DNA of 64,000 bases from Planctomycetota bacterium (GTDB lineage Bacteria > Planctomycetota > UBA8742 > UBA2392): assembly GCA_022071975.1 (NCBI GenBank), contig JAJVIO010000034.1:5853-69852 (forward strand). Reading direction: 5' to 3'. Position numbers and translations under genes: made by a program. How positions within the stretch are numbered: position 1 is the stretch's first letter; each line of letters starts with the position of its first letter. Below are positions 8,646-16,593 of the stretch, piece after piece. The notes below the pieces were generated by a model. That model made no database searches. It saw nothing but the letters and a program-made list of their open reading frames with translations, and was not told the DNA's origin.

Positions 8646-8753
8646 TGAACGCCAAACACTAGCTACCCGTCGCGGCTCGACAAGGTACGACGAGAAAAGT
8701 TGCCACCTCGGCGCTCATCGATGATGTTACGCTCTCTCGAGGCAGGTAATCGA

Positions 8754-9137
8754 ATGGTCGAGTTCGACGAACGACAACTGCTGCACGCGCATCTGTTCTT
8801 CACTGCATTTGTGCTGGTGGCTACCAGTGTTTGGGTGGTCTCAATCCCCGACGGTGCCGGAAACTTTTATCCGATCCCCACCAGCGAAACAAAAATGTGG
8901 TTCGTACGGCGTGCGCTCGAAACGCGTTGGTTTGGGTTGGTCGTCCTGACGGCATTCGTCGCTGCGCTCGTTGGTGCGTTTCGCAAGAGGTATGCACCGA
9001 TTGTGCTTCACCGGATCTGTTGGATCGCACTGGCAGTCCAATGTGTCTGGTTTGGACTCTGCATGTTCATCCTCTGGGAGCCCATGATGGTTGTGTTTGA
9101 GCCGCTTCTAAATCCGAGTAGAACAATTCTGGATTGA
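8754..9137 (+). CDS. hypothetical membrane protein
   Basis: About four hydrophobic segments. Lower-GC patch. Start chosen at MVEFDERQ. Confidence 0.45.
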   Translation: MVEFDERQLLHAHLFFTAFVLVATSVWVVSIPDGAGNFYPIPTSETKMWFVRRALETRWFGLVVLTAFVAALVGAFRKRYAPIVLHRICWIALAVQCVWFGLCMFILWEPMMVVFEPLLNPSRTILD

Positions 9138-9148
9138 ATCGCGGAAAG

Positions 9149-10330
9149 TCACACCGCAAACAGCTGCAATCCCTTCAGGTACTCGCCTTCGGGGTATTGC
9201 AAGCCGATGGTGTGGTCGGGCGACTGGCTTAGCTGGCGCAGGATTCTGGCGTCGCGACCGGCGTCGGCGGCCGCGGCGGCCACTACCTGCGTAAACGACT
9301 CGCGCGTGACGTGGCCGCTGCACGAGAACGTGAACAGCATGCCGCCCGGGCGCAACAGCTGGAAGCCCAGCAGGTTGACGTCTTTGTACGCGCCAAGGGC
9401 CTTGTCCACCGAGGCCGCGCTGGGCGCGAATTTGGGCGGGTCGAGGATCACGCAGTCGAACTGCCGGCCGGCATCGCGCAGCTTGCGCAACTCTTCAAAG
9501 GCGTTGCCTTGGATGTACTCGATACCGCTGAGCCCGTTAAGCTCGGCGTTGCGGAGCGCCAGCGCCAGCGCGTCGGCTGACTGGTCGAGCTGGGTGACGC
9601 TGCCCGCGCCGGCCCTGGCGGCGTGCAGGCCGAAGCCCCCCGTGTAACAGAAGACGTTCAGCACACTGTCGCCGGGGCGCACGGTTTCGCGCACCAACCG
9701 GCGGTTGACGGCCTGGTCGAGGTAGGCGCCGGTCTTGTGGCCGCCGTGCAGGTCCGCCAGCAGGCGCAGGCCGGAATCGTCGAACTCGACCAGCTCGTGC
9801 GGCGCTTCGCCGCGCAGTGTGCCGGTGGTGAGCTCGAGGCCTTCCTTGCGGCGCACTTCGACGTCGCTGCGCTCATGGAAGCCCTGGGCGGGTAGCAGTT
9901 TCATGGCGGCGTTGACGATGGCCTCTTTCCAGTGTTCGGCGCCGGCGCCCAGGAACTGGCCGACGTGCCAGCCGGCGTAGTGGTCGATCACCAGGCCGGG
10001 CAGGCCGTCGTTTTCGGCGTTGCAGAGGCGGAAAGCGGTGTCGGGTTTGAGCAGGCCGAGGCGGCGGCGCAGCTCGAGGGCCGCGTGCAGGCGGCGCTCG
10101 AAGAAGGCTTCGTCGATGGCTTCATCGGGGTCGAAAGTCCAGGCGCGCACGCGGATCTGGGAGTGCGGCGACCACGCGCCGCGCGCCAGCCAGTCGCCGC
10201 GGAATGAGACCAGTTCCACGGCTTCGCCGGGCGAGGGTTCGCCGGTGACGGCCGCAATGGAGCCGGCAAACACCCATGGGTGGCGCAGCAGTAGTGAGCG
10301 TTCCCGCCCGCGTTTGAGCACGACGTCCAT
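9149..10330 (-). CDS. rlmI: class I SAM-dependent 23S rRNA (cytosine-C5) methyltransferase RlmI-like
   Basis: PUA-like N-terminus LLRHPWVFAGSI. SAM fold VLNVFCYTGGFGLHAA ... ILDPPKFA. Confidence 0.9.
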   Translation of the reverse strand: MDVVLKRGRERSLLLRHPWVFAGSIAAVTGEPSPGEAVELVSFRGDWLARGAWSPHSQIRVRAWTFDPDEAIDEAFFERRLHAALELRRRLGLLKPDTAFRLCNAENDGLPGLVIDHYAGWHVGQFLGAGAEHWKEAIVNAAMKLLPAQGFHERSDVEVRRKEGLELTTGTLRGEAPHELVEFDDSGLRLLADLHGGHKTGAYLDQAVNRRLVRETVRPGDSVLNVFCYTGGFGLHAARAGAGSVTQLDQSADALALALRNAELNGLSGIEYIQGNAFEELRKLRDAGRQFDCVILDPPKFAPSAASVDKALGAYKDVNLLGFQLLRPGGMLFTFSCSGHVTRESFTQVVAAAAADAGRDARILRQLSQSPDHTIGLQYPEGEYLKGLQLFAV

Positions 10331-10421
10331 TGGGATGGCTTAGCAGGGAAACGGTCGAACGGAAGGCATCGCTCACGCTCGCAGCCGGTGGGAGCTATGA
10401 TCCGTGCCCGAGGTGGAGTCG

Positions 10422-10820
10422 ATGTCGAGAATTCTGCTGCTGTTCCTGGTCTGCTTGCCTTTGCTGTGCGCCGGCTGCCCAGACGACCGGTCGCGGCCTG
10501 CGGACTCGGTGCTGGATGCGGAGATCGACGCCGTGCGAGATGAAGAAATTGAGCGCGGCCGAAAGGCATTGGCACATGTCGTGGATCGAAACAAGGACGA
10601 TTACTTCGACCCCGAGCAGGCCAAGCGCGAAATGATAGAGCACTGGGAGAACACAGACGTGAAGGCCTGGTCAGAGTTGATTGAGTCAATCCGGCCGCAG
10701 CTTCGTGACGCAGCGGCACAGGCCTGGCACCTGGCGGAGTTCGACCGGCGCAAGCACATCAAGAAACGAATCATGCAGGAACCGGGCGGCAACCTGTGGG
10801 CCGACAAGCCAACCGAGTGA
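10422..10820 (+). CDS. hypothetical lipoprotein
   Basis: MSRILLLFLVCLPLLCAGC lipobox. GAGGTGGAG SD. Confidence 0.6.
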   Translation: MSRILLLFLVCLPLLCAGCPDDRSRPADSVLDAEIDAVRDEEIERGRKALAHVVDRNKDDYFDPEQAKREMIEHWENTDVKAWSELIESIRPQLRDAAAQAWHLAEFDRRKHIKKRIMQEPGGNLWADKPTE

Positions 10821-10829
10821 CCAAACGAA

Positions 10830-10854
10830 AGCGCCACGGCTTAGCCGTGGCGCT
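10830..10854 (-). terminator. hairpin agcgccacggc-tta-gccgtggcgct, T-rich tract on the minus strand
   Basis: Lies between convergent genes. On the minus strand it is followed by tttcgtttgg. The stem is the same as at 2207-2232. Confidence 0.6.
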
Positions 10855-10868
10855 ACGGGTCGTGGGCT

Positions 10869-12563
10869 TCACTTGCGTTTGAAGGGCTTTTTCTCGTACT
10901 GCTCGCCTCGGGCATCGGCGCGTTCGGCCTTGCGGTCTTCGCGGCGTTCCCACTGGCCCTTGGTCAGCTCTTCCGTCTCTTCATCGCGGCGCGGCGGCGC
11001 GGCGTTTTCGTTTACGGGGCCGTTGTTCGGCGTACCGTTGTTGGGGCCGTTGTTGTCGCGGGCATCCGGTGCGGGTCGGGGCGGCTGTTCGGGCTCCGGC
11101 TCGACGTTGCGCACGATGTCGCGCACGCGCTGGAAGGTCTGCTGTACTTTCCAGTAGGCGCCGGCCGTGCCTTCCACGCCGGCGTCGCCGACAACTCCCG
11201 CCTTGCGGGGTTCGCGGCCGTCAGAGCCGGTGGGCAGGCAGATCAACTGGCCCGCGGCTGTGGTAAGGAAAAGCTGGTCGTCATCGGCGGCAGGCTCCGC
11301 CATAAAGCGCATGCCCTTGAAGTTGTAAGCCCAGATCAGCGCGCCGGTCTGCTCCTCAAGGGCGCAGACCAGGCCGTTGCTGCCGGCCAGCAGCACCAGG
11401 CCGCGCCACGCTACGGGGCGGGTGAACTCAACGCCGGCATCGGCAAGTTTCAACGACCAACGCGCCTTGCCCAGCAGCGGATCGACGCACGCCACGCAAC
11501 CGGCGTAGGCAAAGAAGATGTTGGTCTGCGACACACCGGGGCGCAGACCCTGGAAATCCAGCGTGCTGCGCGGGCCGGCCAGCGCGGCGGCTTTACCACT
11601 CGGCTTCACGCTGGGCTTCTCGACAAGGGCGATGCGGCGGTCCTTGGCGGCGACCAGGGTGGGCGCGTCGGGCTCGGCATCCGTGACGGTCTCGCGCTCG
11701 CTGCGGCGACGCTCTTTCGCGCTGCTTTCCTTGATGCCATCGGCGCCCTTGCCGTCCCAGGTCGTGGCAACCAGCAGGCCCCAGGGCGTGGCCACAGGGG
11801 CCGAGACCGCGCCGACGCTGGCGCTCCACTGTTTCTTGCCCTTCTTGCTTTCCAGGCGGGTGAGGTTGCCGTCGGCGCTGGTGATGAACACGTTGTCGTC
11901 CATGATCACCGGCGCGGTCAGCACGCCCTGGGCGCCGACGTCGGTGCTCCACTTCGCTGTGCCCTGCTCGGCGTCGTGCAGCGTGACTTCCCAGGTCGAT
12001 TTACTGCGGTACGAAGTCGCAACCAGCTGGTCCTTCACGTCGGGAGCGCAGTCCACCGTGGACGCCAGCCACTTGCTGTAGGTGTTAGCGCCGTCACTGA
12101 CCCGCACGCGTTCAAGGGTGCAGCTGTAGGTGGTGTAATAGGCGTGCCCCAGCGAGATCACGATGTTCGAAATGCCGGAGTCCTTGCTGCTGGTCGTCCA
12201 CTTGCGCTTGCCGGTGGCGACGTCGTAGCCATAGACGCTGGAGGCACGGCCGGAGCCAACCACCACCATGCCGTTGCTGGCGGCGGGTGTGCGCGGGTTG
12301 TCCTGGGCGACGCGCGTGACCCAGGCTTCGTCGGTGGTGTGCCCGACCATGAAATGGACGCCGTCGCCGGCCACTGCCCCATCGGCGGCGAGGTTTACGG
12401 GGATGGCCAGCGCATTGAGGTCGAGCACGCGGTCAACTTCAGGCGCGGGTTTTTCCGTCTTCGCCTCTGGCGGGTCGTCGGCGTGGATGGCGAGCGTTGA
12501 GCGGGCGGCCAGCACGCAAGCAGCGGCGGCCGCCTGGAAGGCCGTGCGATGGAGAACTTTCAT
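10869..12563 (-). CDS. PQQ-like (BamB-like) beta-propeller repeat protein, secreted, with charged C-terminal tail
   Basis: Signal peptide. Repeated motifs of the form G..YGYDVATGKRKW / GNLTRLESKKGKKQW / CALEEQTGALIW. Confidence 0.75.
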   Translation of the reverse strand: MKVLHRTAFQAAAAACVLAARSTLAIHADDPPEAKTEKPAPEVDRVLDLNALAIPVNLAADGAVAGDGVHFMVGHTTDEAWVTRVAQDNPRTPAASNGMVVVGSGRASSVYGYDVATGKRKWTTSSKDSGISNIVISLGHAYYTTYSCTLERVRVSDGANTYSKWLASTVDCAPDVKDQLVATSYRSKSTWEVTLHDAEQGTAKWSTDVGAQGVLTAPVIMDDNVFITSADGNLTRLESKKGKKQWSASVGAVSAPVATPWGLLVATTWDGKGADGIKESSAKERRRSERETVTDAEPDAPTLVAAKDRRIALVEKPSVKPSGKAAALAGPRSTLDFQGLRPGVSQTNIFFAYAGCVACVDPLLGKARWSLKLADAGVEFTRPVAWRGLVLLAGSNGLVCALEEQTGALIWAYNFKGMRFMAEPAADDDQLFLTTAAGQLICLPTGSDGREPRKAGVVGDAGVEGTAGAYWKVQQTFQRVRDIVRNVEPEPEQPPRPAPDARDNNGPNNGTPNNGPVNENAAPPRRDEETEELTKGQWERREDRKAERADARGEQYEKKPFKRK

Positions 12564-12700
12564 GAAAGTGTCCCGGAAGGGGAGGACGGGGTCTACGCAG
12601 ACTGAACGTACACCGTCGGCCGGAAAACGCCAAACCCGGCGAGCGCGGGGCTTAGCGAATCTTTGCGGAAGTGAACCGGCTTCGCGGATCGGCGAGTGGG

Positions 12701-12976
12701 CTATTCTTCAGAAAGGTAGAACTTGTTCTGGAACAGCTCACGCATTGCCTTGACCGCGTCGGCGGCATCGGTGCCGTCGGCCTCGACGGTCAGGCGCGTG
12801 CCCTTTTCGGCGGCGAGCATGATGACGTCGATGATGCTTTTGGCGTTGCAGCGCTGCTCGCCCTTTACCAGGTAGATTTCCGAGCCGAAGCGAGACGCGG
12901 TCTCGATCACCTTCATGGCCGGTCGCTGGTGAAGGCCGTACTTGTTCAGCAGTTCGACTTCCGCGGTAACAGGCAT
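12701..12976 (-). CDS. ptsH: HPr phosphocarrier protein
   Basis: MPVTAEVELLNKYGLHQRPAMKV contains His15. NAKSIIDVIML contains Ser46. 91 aa counted from ATG 12976. Confidence 0.9.
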   Translation of the reverse strand: MPVTAEVELLNKYGLHQRPAMKVIETASRFGSEIYLVKGEQRCNAKSIIDVIMLAAEKGTRLTVEADGTDAADAVKAMRELFQNKFYLSEE

Positions 12977-13102
12977 GCGCGCTCCGGGGAACGAGTCTAC
13001 ATAGACCGGCAACGCCAGAGAATCAAGGGCTGTGGAATACCCGCCCACTGGCCGGGGGTTTGATTGCGGCTATTGTTGTTGGTCCGGGCGATTACTGAAG
13101 AG

Positions 13103-14152
13103 ATGACGATGACCGTACCTGTTTACCTGGTGGCCGGCTTTCTGGGTTCCGGCAAGACCACGCTGATGAAGCAGCTGCTCGAGCACCTGAACGCCCGCGG
13201 CGAAAAGCCGCTGGTTTTGATGAACGAGTTCGGTGAAACCAACATCGACAACGAGCTGCTGGAGGGCAGCAGTGCACAGATGCGCGAGCTGATCGACGGC
13301 TGCATCTGCTGCACGTCAAAGACCGAGCTGACCAAGACCCTCTACGACATCGTCACCAACGACCAGCCTTCTTCCATCCTGATGGAAGCCACCGGCCTGG
13401 CCGACCCGGTCGAAGTGCTGGACATCTGCACTCTGCCCAACCTGCTGGAGCGCCTGAGCCTGCGCACCATCGTCAGCGTGGTGGACGCCAACCGCTGGGG
13501 CAAGGTGCCCCAGGCCGAGGCCCTGATGAAGCGCCAGGCCAAGTACGCCGACATCCTGCTGCTCAACAAGACCGACGTGGTGGACCCGGCTACGGTCGAT
13601 GAAGTCGAGAAGCACCTGCGCGCACTCAACGAACGCGCGGCCTTGCATCGCACCGTGCGCGCCGCCATCGACCCCGAGCACGTGCTGGGCGCCGAGGGCA
13701 CCGAAGTCGTCAACGACGGCAAGGACCACAGCCACTGCGACCACGAACACGACCACTGCGAGCACACCCACGATCACCACGTGCACCACAAGCACGATCA
13801 CGCTCACGACCACTACCTCAGCTTCACCGTGCGGCCGAAGGGCAAGGCCAACAAAGCCAAGTTCAACGACTTCCTGAATGAGGGCGTGCCCGGGCTGCTG
13901 CGCCTCAAGGGCTTCCTGCAGGTGGAGGGGGTTGAGCCCCAGGCCATCCTGCAGTGGACGGCCGGCCACTGGGAGTTGATCCCGCGGCCGCAGGTGCTGA
14001 AGCCGAAGCCGGACGTGCTTGTGTTTATCGGCGAGAACCTGGACCGCCACGCGCTGATCCACAAGCTGGAAGCCACAGGCCTCGAGTTCGACGCCAGCGA
14101 GCACGAAGGCCATCACCACGAGCACGGGCACGCGCACCACCATCACCACTAG
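13103..14152 (+). CDS. COG0523/CobW-family GTPase metallochaperone with His-rich insert and tail
   Basis: GFLGSGKTTL P-loop, CICC metal motif, HSHCDHEHDHCEHTHDHHVHHKHDHAHDH insert, and C-terminal HHHEHGHAHHHHH. Confidence 0.9.
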   Translation: MTMTVPVYLVAGFLGSGKTTLMKQLLEHLNARGEKPLVLMNEFGETNIDNELLEGSSAQMRELIDGCICCTSKTELTKTLYDIVTNDQPSSILMEATGLADPVEVLDICTLPNLLERLSLRTIVSVVDANRWGKVPQAEALMKRQAKYADILLLNKTDVVDPATVDEVEKHLRALNERAALHRTVRAAIDPEHVLGAEGTEVVNDGKDHSHCDHEHDHCEHTHDHHVHHKHDHAHDHYLSFTVRPKGKANKAKFNDFLNEGVPGLLRLKGFLQVEGVEPQAILQWTAGHWELIPRPQVLKPKPDVLVFIGENLDRHALIHKLEATGLEFDASEHEGHHHEHGHAHHHHH

Positions 14153-14161
14153 GAGCGGCTG

Positions 14162-14521
14162 ATGTTGAAGCTGGTGACGGCCGTGGTTTGCGAATCGGCA
14201 TCCGAAGCGGCGCCTTACACGTTGATCAGGGTGCGCAAGCGTTGGCGTATGCCTCCGACCGAGATCTGCGTCTACCTGGAGGTGCTGAACGCGACAGGCG
14301 AGCCATACGATGTGTCGGCGCAAATCCGCCGCAAGTCCACCGTCGTTGCGGCGTTTGAGACAGAACTCGTGTTGATGTCCAAGCGGGATTTGGACGAAGT
14401 CATCCTGACGCTGCCGCTGGAAGGCCTAGAACCAAGGACCTACGGCATCAACTTGTTGCTGAACGGCACAGTGGCGGATACTTTATGGGTGGACTTCGGA
14501 CATCCGGAGGCTGCGATATGA
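14162..14521 (+). CDS. hypothetical protein (119 aa)
   Basis: AGGAG SD 6 nt upstream. Starts 9 nt after the COG0523 stop. No recognisable domain. Confidence 0.5.
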   Translation: MLKLVTAVVCESASEAAPYTLIRVRKRWRMPPTEICVYLEVLNATGEPYDVSAQIRRKSTVVAAFETELVLMSKRDLDEVILTLPLEGLEPRTYGINLLLNGTVADTLWVDFGHPEAAI

Positions 14522-14676
14522 GCAGACAAGTGCCGGTGAAAAAAGCTTCTGTTCGCTACACCGTCTGGCCTGAGAATGGCCCGCCAAAGTCATTCGGCCC
14601 AACTGAGATGCAGTCGACCTATTACCCGCATCCCAAAGAAGACGATCGTGCAGAGGGCAGGAAAAAGCCCGCCTGA
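14518..14676 (+). CDS. hypothetical small protein (52 aa)
   Basis: ATGA start/stop overlap with the upstream ORF. GGAGG SD. Sequence MSRQVPVKKASVRYTVWPENGPPKSF... Confidence 0.4.
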   Translation: MSRQVPVKKASVRYTVWPENGPPKSFGPTEMQSTYYPHPKEDDRAEGRKKPA

Positions 14677-14750
14677 GCATGCTGACCCACACGCGGCGGG
14701 TTGCCCGCCGCGTTCTTCTTTAACAGGCCTTGGGGGCTATATTCGGCGCC

Positions 14751-15827
14751 ATGAGCATTGAATGGCTGGAAGCGGAATCCGCGATTGACGAACGCGTGGC
14801 CCTGCAGGCCCAGCGCGAAAAGCTGGAGGCCGCCTACGACGCGAACCCCGGCGACGCCGAGGCCGCGCTGCGGCTGGTCAACGTGCTGGACCAGCTCGGC
14901 GTGCCCGCGCAGGAAATGGCCGCGCGCATCGAGCGCGCCTTTGAGGCCAACCCCAACGACCCGGCGCTGATGGCGTGGCTCGGCCAGCTGGCCTACCGCA
15001 TGGGCCAGCTCAAGCTCGCCATGCTGACCCTGAAACACGCGATCAGCCTGGACCCCGATGACACCCTGGCCAACTTCACACTCGGCCAGTGCATGCTGTA
15101 TGCGGGCACGTTCGAGGACGCCCTGCGCTACGCCAAGCGCGCCTGGGATACCGGCCAGGCCGCTTACTACCGCAAGGAAATCAGCCGCCTGTACTGCATC
15201 GCGCTGGTGCGCCTGCGCCGCTTCGACGAGGCCTACGAGTTCCAGAAAGAACAGCTGGCTGAACGGCCGGACGACAGCCAGACCGTGATCGACACCGCAG
15301 ACCTGCTGGGTGAAATGGGCCGCGACGACGAAGCCCGCAAGCTGCTGCTGAATGCGCACAACAAGAAACCGGCCGACACCGACCTGCTGTTCCGCCTGGC
15401 GGTCGCGCACTTCGAAAGCAACGACTTCGCCGGCGCGATCGAGTGGGCCGACAAGGTGCTGGCCGCCGACGCCCAGCACCTGGAGGGCTGGAACCTGCGC
15501 GCCCAGGCCAAGTTCAAGCTGGGGCTGTTCGAAAGTGCCTTGGCGGACCACGGCATGATCCTGGAGCTCAGCAAGAGCATGCCGCTGGACCGCAGCTTCG
15601 TGGCAAGCTGCTACGAGGGCATGGGGCGCAAGGCCGACGCCATCGCCGCGCTGAAACAAGGGCTGATCGAGGCCAAGGACTGGCCCGACCGTAAGCGCGC
15701 CTACCAGCAGCATCTGGAACGGCTGCAGATCGTCACGCCCGACCAGCAGAAGAAGAAACACAACCTTGGGCCGAACGACCCCTGCTGGTGCGGCAGCGGC
15801 AAGAAGCTGAAGAAGTGCCATGGGTAG
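14751..15827 (+). CDS. TPR-repeat protein with C-terminal SEC-C metal-binding motif
   Basis: Multiple TPR-like helices. C-terminus PNDPCWCGSGKKLKKCHG. Confidence 0.85.
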   Translation: MSIEWLEAESAIDERVALQAQREKLEAAYDANPGDAEAALRLVNVLDQLGVPAQEMAARIERAFEANPNDPALMAWLGQLAYRMGQLKLAMLTLKHAISLDPDDTLANFTLGQCMLYAGTFEDALRYAKRAWDTGQAAYYRKEISRLYCIALVRLRRFDEAYEFQKEQLAERPDDSQTVIDTADLLGEMGRDDEARKLLLNAHNKKPADTDLLFRLAVAHFESNDFAGAIEWADKVLAADAQHLEGWNLRAQAKFKLGLFESALADHGMILELSKSMPLDRSFVASCYEGMGRKADAIAALKQGLIEAKDWPDRKRAYQQHLERLQIVTPDQQKKKHNLGPNDPCWCGSGKKLKKCHG

Positions 15828-15925
15828 CTGTTGGCTGTTGGCTAACAGCTAACGGCTAACAGCCAATAGCTAACGGCCAGCGGCTGATAGCTAACAGCCA
15901 ACGGCTAACGGCCGATAGCGCCACG
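15828..15925. repeat. heptamer array, 13-14 units of C-N5-G (ctgttgg ctgttgg ctaacag ctaacgg ctaacag ccaatag ...)
   Basis: Read directly. Starts at the first base after the TAG stop. Confidence 0.85.
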
Positions 15926-16078
15926 CTGCAACCTGCCTCCGTTTCCACTCTGCGACGTTCCCGGGCGGCGTATGCCATGCCGGGGACCGATTGAGCCGTC
16001 GGGCCGGCGGCGTGGGCTGCGTGCAGTCACCACGTTCCGTGTACGGGATCTGAACCGGCGGGGAGATTGGTTTCGCAC

Positions 16079-16153
16079 CTGGTTATAGCTCAGAGGTAGA
16101 GCACCGGATTTGAGATCCGGCAGTCGCGGGTTCGACTCCCGCTAACTAGCCCA
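16079..16153 (+). tRNA. class-I tRNA with anticodon 5'-UGA-3' (Ser by anticodon, atypical architecture), CCA encoded
   Basis: Manual cloverleaf, in order. Acceptor ctggtta/taactag (one G-U pair). ta. D arm gctc-agaggta-gagc. a. Anticodon arm ccgga-tttgaga-tccgg. Variable loop cagtc (5 nt). T arm gcggg-ttcgact-cccgc. Discriminator c. Then cca. Confidence 0.8.
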
Positions 16154-16593
16154 GTGTCCCTGAACAGGACACACCAGCCTTTAACGCTGGCTTTTGGATC
16201 GGTCCCAGAAGGCCGAAACTCCTGTGCCGGAAGGGGGTGGTGAAGCGCAAGGCCCGTCCTTGACCCGTCAAGGGCAACACGGGAAGAGACTCTGCAGCAC
16301 GCAGATCCAGTCCGGGCAGAACCGGGTGAACGCGGCGCGCCAAAGCACAGGAGGAGTGCGGCGGCGCGAAGCCGAAGCCCCCAGTATCCCTCGACTCAAG
16401 CAGTGCTCCGTTTCAGACGTGCGGCCGAACGCCAAACCACCCCTGGAAAGCCCCAGCCCCGCCCGGAAGGGCGGGAGATCGACCCACCGGCAATCAGACA
16501 ATTCTCTGGTCTCCCCCGGCCTGCCGGCCGGGGCTGAAACCGGGCCCCGTTCTCTTGACGCGTCAATATTCGCCCGTTCGAAAGGGGGCAAGC

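Noticed and set aside
6561-8648. 695-aa plus-strand ORF spanning the phoH and cdsA loci
   Set aside because: It is antisense to two well-supported genes. Its composition (Ala/Gly/Arg/Val/His-rich, no motifs) is typical of shadow ORFs in high-GC DNA.
13316-14323. 335-aa minus-strand ORF
   Set aside because: Antisense to the COG0523 gene. Its Val/His-rich runs are simply the complement of the His/Asp codon tracts.
14622-15821. 399-aa minus-strand ORF
   Set aside because: Antisense shadow of the TPR/SEC-C gene, with no domain signal.
16079-16153. Opal-suppressor or Sec tRNA that would explain the in-frame TGAs at 4019 and 57602
   Set aside because: On the plus strand the anticodon is UGA, which reads UCA, not UCA, which would read UGA. 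The minus-strand reading does not give a valid cloverleaf. TGA is also used as a normal stop by confident genes here (trxA, rlmI).
16154-16593. RNase P RNA, tmRNA or SRP RNA
   Set aside because: Only short strings resemble conserved motifs. The universal GGAAAGUCCGG / ACAGAACCCGGCUUA P4 strands, the tmRNA tRNA-like ends and tag ORF, and the SRP GGAA-GCAGC domain IV are not present in proper order. An Infernal scan would be needed to settle it.
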